From Bacteroidota bacterium (GTDB taxonomy: Bacteria > Bacteroidota > Bacteroidia > JABDFU01), in assembly GCA_013286385.1 (NCBI GenBank), contig JABDFU010000002.1, positions 20,575-84,574 on the forward strand: a stretch of 64,000 bases of DNA, given 5' to 3'. How positions within the stretch are numbered: position 1 is the stretch's first letter; every line of letters starts with the position of its first letter. The translations under genes and the position numbers were made by a program. This document shows, one piece after another, positions 38,624 to 47,500 of this stretch. The notes under the pieces were generated by a model that was not told where the DNA came from, ran no database searches, and saw only the letters and a program-made list of their open reading frames with translations.

Positions 38624-40561
38624 TTAGGGCGTGCTTAGTTTTTTAAGCAGAAGCCCTTGTTGTGCAACCAAGGCTTCCAGTTCTTCAATTTTCTTTTGTT
38701 GTTCCTTCACTGCTTCAACCAATACGGGTGTGATCTGGGCATAGTCAATTCTAAGAAGGTTATCTCCGGGAGCCTCTTGAACGGCTTCTGGCATGACTTT
38801 CTGAACTTCCTGTGCTATGAATCCGAAATACGTGCGGTCATCCATTGTCATTCCTTCTCTGGCGGTTTTTTCAAGATCCCAGTTGTACGTCACGGCCTGC
38901 AGGGACTTTACTTTATCCAGTGCATTTGAAACGCAGGTAATATTTTTTTTGTACCGTCCGTCCGATGCGCTCCAGACTCCACCTGTGCAGGATGTATTTC
39001 CGTTAACCGCCAAAAGATAGCCCGGACTGGTGGTTCCGATACCCACATTGCCCGAAGATTTTAACACAGATACTGCTTCTATCACTCCGTTGGTGGTGGA
39101 ATTGGGAACAAATATACCTGCACGTTCAGAAGAAAGACCATCGTCCGTTGCTCCGAATTGCACATAGGTGCCTGCTGCCATTCCTGACCAGGTTCTGATT
39201 TGCAGTCCGGTCGCATTTCCACCACCTCCGGCTCCTCCCTGAATCAGCATACTTGAAGCAGTAGTTGTCGAGTTGTACAATTCAAGCATGTTGGATGGGC
39301 TTGTTGTTCCAATACCTACATTCCCGTTACTGGCAATCGTCATTCTGGCTGCTACATAGCCCGTGCTGCCGGCCGGAGTTGTGTAAAAGCCCATGTATGT
39401 TTCAGCATTGGTCGAACTCCAGTTGCTTCCGGCCGTCATTTGAATGGATCCTCCGAATTGGTTAGCTGCGGTCCCGTAACCCCCACCGTCTAATATCAAA
39501 AGGTTATCTCCGGCCTGAGTTGCCGATGGGGAAGCCTTGCTTCCTCTTATTGCATAACCTGTAATTTCTCCCCCATCGTTACCGCCGGAACCTGAATAGG
39601 CGCGTAAGGAAATTTGCGCGTTCAAAGAGCCTGCATTCTGATCAGCCTCCATAATCATCATGGCATAATTTGGAGCGGCCAGACCGGTCCAATTCGAATT
39701 GTAAATATGGAGGTCGGCCTGGGGTTCCGTAATTCCAATCCCGACATTACCACCGAAATAGTTGATCTGATTTCCTGCACAGTAAACCCCATAGGCGGTT
39801 GTTGCATTTAACGAAAGATCGGTAACATAGATTCCGTAGGCATTCAGCAAATGGCCTGATCCCGTAGCGGTCACGTAATCTCCGTAGGCAGTTGACAGGG
39901 AGCCTTCGAACAGGGTATAGGTTCCGTACCCGGTTGAACTCGCCGTGGAGTTACCGGTACCAATTGTATTGGATGTACCGTATATAGTGCTGGCTGTCTG
40001 ATGCGACCAGGAAACATCCAATGAGTTTAAGGTACCATACAACGAGTTGACCGTACTGAAGGTGCAACAGCTGTTAACCTGATTGTAAACGCCCGCTACC
40101 GTTCCGATTGTGTTATTCGATGCGAATGCAATAACGTTGTGCAGGCCATCGTAAAAACCGGTATTGTCATTGGCCGGAGGTACGGTACCAATATTATTCT
40201 GAATTACATCATTGATGCCGCCGGTAACGGTTGGACCCGGGAAAAATCCAATATTCACTGCCGGTGTCCCGTTTGCAGGGGAGTAGGATATGGTCAAAGG
40301 GGAAGTTATTCCGCCCGGAGCACCTACTCCTATGCCAACGAACCCCTGAACGGTTAAGCCATTTGCCGGGGCAGCATATACGCCTGCATAGCCAGTCCCT
40401 ACAGTTATACCGCCATTCACATCAAGCGTACTTTTAGGTACGAACTGAGCTGGCCCGATTCCGACAGATTGAGAAAAGGCTTCCCCGGCTCCGTCCCAAA
40501 ATAGCGGAAGGAAGAGCAATGCGGCAAGAAATTTTGGAACGGAGGGTTTTTCGGAGTACAT
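38624..40561 (-). CDS. tail-fibre domain protein with C-terminal peptidase S74 intramolecular chaperone (self-cleaving) domain, signal peptide, 645 aa
   Basis: C-terminal 113 aa: SDGRYKKNITCVSNALDKVKSLQAVTYNWD...YFGFIAQEVQKVMPEAV...coiled coil. Repeated GNVGIGTTSP.. motifs. N-terminus LFLPLFWDGAGEAFSQSVGIG. Confidence 0.8.
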   Translation of the reverse strand: MYSEKPSVPKFLAALLFLPLFWDGAGEAFSQSVGIGPAQFVPKSTLDVNGGITVGTGYAGVYAAPANGLTVQGFVGIGVGAPGGITSPLTISYSPANGTPAVNIGFFPGPTVTGGINDVIQNNIGTVPPANDNTGFYDGLHNVIAFASNNTIGTVAGVYNQVNSCCTFSTVNSLYGTLNSLDVSWSHQTASTIYGTSNTIGTGNSTASSTGYGTYTLFEGSLSTAYGDYVTATGSGHLLNAYGIYVTDLSLNATTAYGVYCAGNQINYFGGNVGIGITEPQADLHIYNSNWTGLAAPNYAMMIMEADQNAGSLNAQISLRAYSGSGGNDGGEITGYAIRGSKASPSATQAGDNLLILDGGGYGTAANQFGGSIQMTAGSNWSSTNAETYMGFYTTPAGSTGYVAARMTIASNGNVGIGTTSPSNMLELYNSTTTASSMLIQGGAGGGGNATGLQIRTWSGMAAGTYVQFGATDDGLSSERAGIFVPNSTTNGVIEAVSVLKSSGNVGIGTTSPGYLLAVNGNTSCTGGVWSASDGRYKKNITCVSNALDKVKSLQAVTYNWDLEKTAREGMTMDDRTYFGFIAQEVQKVMPEAVQEAPGDNLLRIDYAQITPVLVEAVKEQQKKIEELEALVAQQGLLLKKLSTP

Positions 40562-40625
40562 GTGACTAGGTTTTAGTTCGCGGTTCGTTTTACGTAAAGC
40601 GGAAGCCTAAAGTTTGTAAAAAAAT

Positions 40626-40656
40626 AAGCACGGGTTGCAGAGCCCGTGCTTTTTTA
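40626..40656. terminator. rho-independent terminator hairpin with U-tracts on both strands
   Basis: Stem aagcacggg / cccgtgctt with loop ttgcagag. TTTTT follows on the plus strand, and a run of 7 A precedes it (T7 on the minus strand). It lies 35 nt downstream of the S8 peptidase stop. Confidence 0.6.
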
Positions 40657-40690
40657 AAGATAAAATCTCAGGTAGAGGAAAATCCGGTGT

Positions 40691-43096
40691 TTAACGTTCC
40701 AGTACGATTTTTCTGATTTCGGTTCCCTTGCCTGTAGTGCTTTGTATGTAATAAACACCGGTAGCTTCTCTGCTAAGATTTACGACTACCGATCCTCCGT
40801 GCAGATCTGAGTTGCCCGCTTTTGCCACCAAAGCTCCCCATTCATTGTAAACCGAAATGCTGACCGGTTCATTGAACCCCGGAGGATACAGGATATTAAC
40901 TTCTCCGGTTGAAGGATTGGGGAAAACAGTCAGTGTAGTTTTGCCGGCTGACCCGGCAATTCCGGTAGCGCTGCCATGGCACAGAATCGGAGCGATGGCC
41001 TCTGCCGTTCGGAAGTTGGTCCACACTGCAGAGTCGTTTGCCCAAAGCCCCTGATACCTCATCCAGGCCCTATTGGGTGTTACTTCTCCGCTTATGGTAC
41101 AGGCAATAGCGATCGTATCCGCCGGTGAATTTGTCGTGCTGAACTGAATGCCCAGGTAATAGGAACCTGTAACGTTTACCGGGGAGTCGAAGTTAATGAA
41201 ATTCCACTCATCTACTTTCAGGGTATTGATCTTAACCTCTTTATTGGCGAGGGTATTGGAGGGATATCCGTTTGCATTGTCCCAGATGGATACCTGTACA
41301 ACGTCTCCCGAACTGCCGGCAAAGTTCTTTACAAATAAAACCCCGGCTCCTGTGATATCGTAGCCGGAAGGAGGAGGGCTTGAAAAATAATCGCAATTCG
41401 CTTCGTCTCCTAAGTTATTTGAGCCTAAAACATATCCCCAGTTACCCTTTCCTTCCGAATTCAGGTAAATGGTCAAGGTATCTTTGTTGACAAAGTTGGC
41501 GATGGTATCGCACTCATTTGTCAAACTGCCTGCCACTGTAATGTAACAGGTCTTCGTAACAGGACTGGAGCCTATGTTGTTTGTGGCTGTCAAACTGACT
41601 GCATAGCATCCTTTTGTGTTGTATACAATTCCTGAAGGATTCTGTACAGCCGAACTTGTAGTGGCCGCTCCGGTAAAAGTCCAGGACCAGGAAGTCGGGT
41701 TATTGGTCGACAAGTCGGTGAAGTTTATGCTTTGCCCCGTTTTTATTGTTACCTGGTTGGCTACAAAGTTTGTCACGGGAGCAGAACCCGCAATTCCTGC
41801 CACACACTGAAGCGCGGCCTGGGCATTTATTAATCCGGCTCCGACATTTCCTGAGTTTGTTCCGATTGAACTGATATTGGTACAACTGCTGGTCAGGCAA
41901 CTGGTCAGCTGAGCAGGTGTCAGCGTGGGGTTCAGTGAAAGCATTAATCCTGCAAGACCCGCAACCATAGGGGTTGCCATAGAAGTTCCCGAAAGGCAAT
42001 CGTAGTAATTTACATTATTGCCATTGACACATCCCGCTGTGCCCGTGTGATTGGTAATGGTACTGAGGATGTTCTCTCCGGGTGCACAAAGCGTTATCCA
42101 GCTTCCGTAATCGGAAAAGCCTGAAAGTGCATTCGTTGCTCCGGTTGAGGCTACAGCTATAACATGGGTATAAGCTGCAGGATAGATCATGGTCGTATTT
42201 CCGTTATTTCCTGCTGCCGCAACGATAAGGACGCCCTTGTTATAGGCATAATTAACCACGTCCTGCTCGTATGCTGAAGAGTTCGATCCGCCCCAGGAGC
42301 AACTGATGACTCTCGCACCCGAATCTACGGCGTAAATGATCGCATCCCAACCCACATCGATGGCCTCTGTGTTGGACGCGGTGTCGTATGTAGCTTTAAT
42401 AGCCATTATCGTGATGCCAAATCCGATTGACGAAACCCCGGTCGAATTGTTTGTACCTGCTCCGATCAGTCCGGCCGTATGGGTTCCGTGGTCCCAGTTT
42501 GAATTTTGAAAAGGGGGGTTGGGATTGTTGTCGTTGTCGGCCACATCCCAGGATTTGGAAGATATCTGGGCAGAGAGGTCAGGGTGGCTAATCAGAATTG
42601 CACCGTCCACATCTGCAACAACTACAGATGGGTTTCCTTTACTTATATCCCAGGCTGCTGCTGCATTGATTTGAGGCAAATGCCACTGATACGTGTAATA
42701 GGGATCATTTGGAGTTAAAAACTGGTAACGCAGGTATTTCTTTTCAGCATATTTTATAAATGAGTTTCTGCCCAGCTCTGCAATCAGCGAATCGATCATG
42801 CTGAAATTGTTGAACTGAATCTCATATACATTGCTCAAATGAGCGTCGGAAATTTTCGGATGCTTGCGGATAACGTTTGTAATCGCATATTTTCCGCTGA
42901 TCTGAGAAAGGAAAGGGGTGCCGTTGATGTTTACCACACCATTTACATCAGCGGGAATCTGCACAATTGCGTTTTCCAGAATCTGAAAAACCACCCTTCC
43001 GTTCTGGTAATTTTGAATTTCCGTTAAAGCTTTTGCTGAATCAGTGGTCAGCAGCACTAAAGAAGCGATAAATCCCACCAGTAATTTTCTTTTCAT
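40691..43096 (-). CDS. S8 (subtilisin) family serine peptidase with PKD-like module and type A T9SS sorting domain, 801 aa
   Basis: HGTHTAGLIGAG (His), GTSMATPMVAGLAGL (Ser), AAAGNNGN (oxyanion Asn), VVVADVDGAI (Asp region). PKD-like NFTDLSTNNPTSWSWTF. C-terminus VFPNPSTGEVNILY...YYIQSTTGKGTEIRKIVLER. Confidence 0.9.
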   Translation of the reverse strand: MKRKLLVGFIASLVLLTTDSAKALTEIQNYQNGRVVFQILENAIVQIPADVNGVVNINGTPFLSQISGKYAITNVIRKHPKISDAHLSNVYEIQFNNFSMIDSLIAELGRNSFIKYAEKKYLRYQFLTPNDPYYTYQWHLPQINAAAAWDISKGNPSVVVADVDGAILISHPDLSAQISSKSWDVADNDNNPNPPFQNSNWDHGTHTAGLIGAGTNNSTGVSSIGFGITIMAIKATYDTASNTEAIDVGWDAIIYAVDSGARVISCSWGGSNSSAYEQDVVNYAYNKGVLIVAAAGNNGNTTMIYPAAYTHVIAVASTGATNALSGFSDYGSWITLCAPGENILSTITNHTGTAGCVNGNNVNYYDCLSGTSMATPMVAGLAGLMLSLNPTLTPAQLTSCLTSSCTNISSIGTNSGNVGAGLINAQAALQCVAGIAGSAPVTNFVANQVTIKTGQSINFTDLSTNNPTSWSWTFTGAATTSSAVQNPSGIVYNTKGCYAVSLTATNNIGSSPVTKTCYITVAGSLTNECDTIANFVNKDTLTIYLNSEGKGNWGYVLGSNNLGDEANCDYFSSPPPSGYDITGAGVLFVKNFAGSSGDVVQVSIWDNANGYPSNTLANKEVKINTLKVDEWNFINFDSPVNVTGSYYLGIQFSTTNSPADTIAIACTISGEVTPNRAWMRYQGLWANDSAVWTNFRTAEAIAPILCHGSATGIAGSAGKTTLTVFPNPSTGEVNILYPPGFNEPVSISVYNEWGALVAKAGNSDLHGGSVVVNLSREATGVYYIQSTTGKGTEIRKIVLER

Positions 43097-43204
43097 TTTC
43101 GTCTTTTTTTTAATTAATAGCCTTGTTTGCCTTAATCCAACTAAAAAATGGACTACTAATGAAGGTAGTAAAAATCTTTGCGAATAACCAACGAATTTAT
43201 TGCT

Positions 43205-44419
43205 TCAATCTTCCTGAACGATTTTTTGAACCGAAGGGACCCCGTTGATCAGGCTGTGAATGAAGTAAACACCTCTGTTTGACACGGTCAGGGTATACAG
43301 GTAATTTCCGGCGCTCAGGTTTTTGTTCTCGACAGCTTGCACAAGCTGTCCAAGAGCGTTGTAAACAGAAATCTGCACCAGGGCATTTTCCTGCAATTTC
43401 AGGCTCAGGTTGCTGCTGGTGTTGAACGGATTCGGGTAAACGCTTACGGCAGCCGGATTCGAATGTTCTTCAATTCCGGTACTGATATTGGTAATGTAAA
43501 CTCCGCTTCCGTTTGAACCCGCATAGAGGTCAGAGCCGATTGCAGCCAGCGAAGTGATGTTTGCGGTGGTCATTCCTCCGTTATAAGCAGACCAGCTGGT
43601 CCCGTTATTGGCGGACATATAAACTCCGGAGCCATCCGTGGCAGCATAGATGTTGCCACCTGAGGAAAGCATAACGTACACATAACCTCCTCCTCCGATT
43701 CCTGTATTGATTGCAGACCAGGAAACTCCGTTGTTCGATGACATGAATATTCCGCTGCCCCAGGTAACGGCATACAGATAGTTTCCGGACGCATAGAGTT
43801 GTGTTAAATTATTTCCGCCGGTATTCAGGGAATCTGATCCGCTTCCGCTTGCAACGGTCCAGTTGCTGCCATTGTTGGTTGACATAAAAACCAGACCATT
43901 TTCAGTTCCGGCATATAGGTTTTTTCCGGATACCGCAAGGGACACTACATCAAGGCTGGTCAAACCGGTGTTCACCGTCTTCCAGGAAGTTCCGTTGTTG
44001 GTAGACATAAAAACCCCGCTGAAGGTTGCTGCAAACAGATCGCTGCCGATCAGCGCAAGCGAATAAACCCCGGTATTTGTAAGGCCGCTATTTTCAGCTG
44101 TCCAGGTGGTTCCGTAATTGCTGGAGAGAAAAACCCCTCCGCTTTGTGTTGCGGCAAAGAGCAAGGTATCTGATACGGCAAGGGCCAGAACGGAAGTATA
44201 GGCTGTAAGGCCGCTGTTGATCGCAGTCCAGACCGTTCCGCTGTTTGTGGTTACAAACAGGCCTGAACCTGCGTCGGTTGCTGCATAAACATTACTTTTA
44301 ACGGAAGTAATGGCGGTAACAATACCAGTTGAAACGCTTCCGGTTGTTTTGGTCCATTGGGCCGTTGCAAACTGAGTGGCAACTAAAAGGCTGAGGGAAA
44401 TAAGTACGATTCTTTTCAT
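43205..44419 (-). CDS. 6-7-bladed BNR/Ycf48-like propeller protein with type A T9SS sorting domain, 404 aa
   Basis: Six clear units of about 42 aa, GvF.StNnGtsW..vNtGL...v.sLa..g..lyA, plus a short partial seventh. C-terminus VYPNPFNTSSNLSL...GVYFIHSLINGVPSVQKIVQED. Confidence 0.75.
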   Translation of the reverse strand: MKRIVLISLSLLVATQFATAQWTKTTGSVSTGIVTAITSVKSNVYAATDAGSGLFVTTNSGTVWTAINSGLTAYTSVLALAVSDTLLFAATQSGGVFLSSNYGTTWTAENSGLTNTGVYSLALIGSDLFAATFSGVFMSTNNGTSWKTVNTGLTSLDVVSLAVSGKNLYAGTENGLVFMSTNNGSNWTVASGSGSDSLNTGGNNLTQLYASGNYLYAVTWGSGIFMSSNNGVSWSAINTGIGGGGYVYVMLSSGGNIYAATDGSGVYMSANNGTSWSAYNGGMTTANITSLAAIGSDLYAGSNGSGVYITNISTGIEEHSNPAAVSVYPNPFNTSSNLSLKLQENALVQISVYNALGQLVQAVENKNLSAGNYLYTLTVSNRGVYFIHSLINGVPSVQKIVQED

Positions 44420-44512
44420 GCCGCCAAATTAAGATTATTTTGGATTCCGGGGCTGAATTTTTTAGGCTGAATTCGGGCAAAGCTTAAATGTCGGAAGTTA
44501 CGCAGTGTTTCC

Positions 44513-47500
44513 CTACTTAAGCAGGGTGACATCCCCGATATAGGTGTGATAGATGTCAAAAACGTCGGTTAACTCAACCTGCCAGACATAAACATCCTGC
44601 TGGGCGACAGAACTTCCGTAATTGGCTCTTCCGTCCCAGCCTATGCTCAGGCTATTGGTTTCAAAAATCAGATTTCCCCAACGGTCGAAAATGTCCATTT
44701 TGTATTTCTTGATATAGGTACCGACCCCGTTAAAAGTGTCGTTGAGGCCATCTCCGTTAGGGGTAAAGGCATTGGGAATATAAAAGGTGAACTGCGGGTA
44801 TACCACCAGGCAGTTTTCTGCGGAATCCTTGCATCCGTAAAGGTTCGTTACCAGCTGCCAGACGCAGTACGTCCCGGTGTCCTTATAGGTGTGCCGGGGG
44901 TTTTGAACATAATTCATTGAATCAATTTCGGAACCATCACCGAAATTCCATTTCCAGGTTACTGCACCTGAAGATTTGTCCTGAAAATTTACAAAAGGTG
45001 CCAGTACGCTGACCGAATTCGGGTTGCAGACAAATCCTGCAACCGGTAATCCCTCTATAGTGATGTAATCGGGTTTAGTGGCAACGTTCGTGCAGCCGTG
45101 CGAAGTCGTAACTCTAAGGGATACCGTGTATTTGCCCACCCTATCATAGCAATGTGAGGGATTTTGCTGGGTGGAAGTTTTACCGTCACCGAAGGTCCAG
45201 AGCCAGGATTGAATTGCAGAGCCGTCAGGAGAGGTGCTTTTATCCGTAAAGCTGACGCAAACATTCTGACAGGCACCCGTGTCGTTTGCCGTAAAATTCA
45301 CAATGGGATTTGAATAGACCGACACTGTAATCAGGGCTGAATCGGGAGGAGTGGTACATCCGTCGTTTACAACTACCGTATACGTTGTGGTTACTTCAGG
45401 CGCTACGGTGATCGTGTCCCCTGTATAGTTAAAGGGTTCCCAGGTAAAGGAATAGCTGCCCGAACCGCCGCTGGCGTATACAGACAGTTTAGCCGGGGAG
45501 CCCGGACAAATGCCCGCAGGAGAGGCCTGTGCCTGAATATCCAAAGGAGGCTTGACGTGGACGGTTATCGTAACCGGGTTTGAGGGACATCCGTTTTCAT
45601 CCGTTGCAATAACGGTGTAGGTAGTGGTGAGGGTCGGGTTGGGGCTGAAATTGGCTCCGGTAAACAATCCGTTATTCCAGGTAAAGGTATAAGCCGGAGT
45701 GCCTCCGGTAGCAGCTGCATTGAGGTGGGCGACCTGGCCTATGCAGATATTTGTGTCTCCTGAGGTAATCACAATCAGAACAGAGGGGGAGCTGATTTTA
45801 ACCCGGGCTGTATCCTTGCAGCCAAACTGATCGCTGACGGTGACGGTATAGGTGCCTGTACATAAATCGCTGATAGCAGAAGTGTCCTGCACCGGTACGG
45901 TATTCCAGCTATAGGAATAAGGGCCGACGCCTCCGCTGGCTGTGGCGGAGGCAAGGCCGTTGCAGTTTCCGAAGCAGGTTACATTGCTGAAGCTGGTAAT
46001 GGCGGCTTTTGGTCCGCCGGCATTGGCCACGCTAAGTTTCAGGGAATCCCGGCATCCGTTGTTATCTGTTACCAAGACAGCGTAGTTGCCCGGATAAGCG
46101 CTGTCAATTAAACTTGCTGTATCATTGCCTGGTTTCCAAAGGTAGCTGTAGGGAGGAGTGGCTCCGCTTGCCGTTACGGTGAGTACCCCGTCGTTCTGAT
46201 TGCAATGCGCCGTGACACTGGTTCCGCTTAGCGAAAGTGCAGTGGGTTCCGTAATAACGATGCTGGTTGTATTCGTACAGCCGTTTGCGTCTGTCACCTG
46301 TACCGAGTAGGTGCCGATGCAAAGACTATCAATACTTAAATTGTGGCTGCCGGTCGACCACTCTACCGTGTATGGTTTTATACCGGCAGAAGGGATGATT
46401 ACCGCTTGTCCGTTACAGGATTTGTAACATCCAACCGGAAAACCTGCTGAGGCAATTGCTACCTGTGTGGCCTGGCTTACAATTGCAGAATCCTGGATGC
46501 TGCAGTTTTTTGAATCGGTTATAGTCACAGTGTAAACTCCGGAAGTAAGGTTCGGGATTAAATTGGCTGAGCTTCCGGTATTCCAGGAGTAACTATAGCC
46601 GCCGTTTCCGCCGTAAGCGCTGATCTGAATGCTCCCCGTGCCTTTGCTGAAACAAAGCACATTCACAATTTTCATACTGTCCGTAATGGCCGGTGGCTGT
46701 GTGATGACTACCGTATCTGCAAGGCTGCAACCCGAAAGGTCTGTAATGGTCAGGGTATAGGATCCGGCCAGAAGATAGTTGACAGAGCCGCCTGTAAGGT
46801 TTCCCGGCATCCAGGAATAGGCATATCCTCCTGTTCCTCCTCCCGCTATGGCGTTGGCCGATCCCGATGAATCCTGATAGCAGGTCAGGTTTGAAACGGC
46901 TATGGTTGAAGTCAGCGGAGATGGCTGGGTCAGTGTTGCGCTGGCACTGTCCAGGCAACCATTGGCGTCTGTGACATAGACCGAGTAGCTCCCTGCTGCC
47001 AGTTTCACAGCGGCAGAATCTGATCCGGCAATTGTCTTCCAGCTGTAGCTGTAAAGCGGCGTTCCTCCGCTTGCCTGAGCAGTTGCTGATCCTGTTTTGG
47101 CTCCGGCGCAGCTGACATTGACCTGCGAAATACTTGTATTCAGTTGTGTAGGTTGAACCAGCACAATGGTATCAGAAAATGTACAACCCAGGGAGTCGAA
47201 CACATTCAAGGTGTACGAACCGGCCGGCTGGCCTGTCATACTATCGGTGAAATTACTCATGGGCTGCCAGGAATAAATATAAGGGGCAGTGGCCCCTGAA
47301 ACTGTAACATAGGCGCTTCCGTTTTTGTCCGAAAAACACCGGGGATTATTTTGCAAGACTGTAGCAGCGAAGGCGGCAGGCTGAGTCAGCACAGCTGAAC
47401 TGTCAAATGTGCAGCCATTGTTATCGGTAATGGTCAGGCTGTAGGTTCCTGCCGGCAGGTTGGCATTGGTTGAATCGTTCACTGAAACCGGTGACCAGGA

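Noticed and set aside
38624-40561. Tail-fibre gene as a marker of a prophage
   Set aside because: No capsid, portal, terminase, baseplate, lysis or integrase genes and no att-like repeats are visible in the flanking 20 kb on either side. The neighbours are T9SS cargo genes and a sensor.
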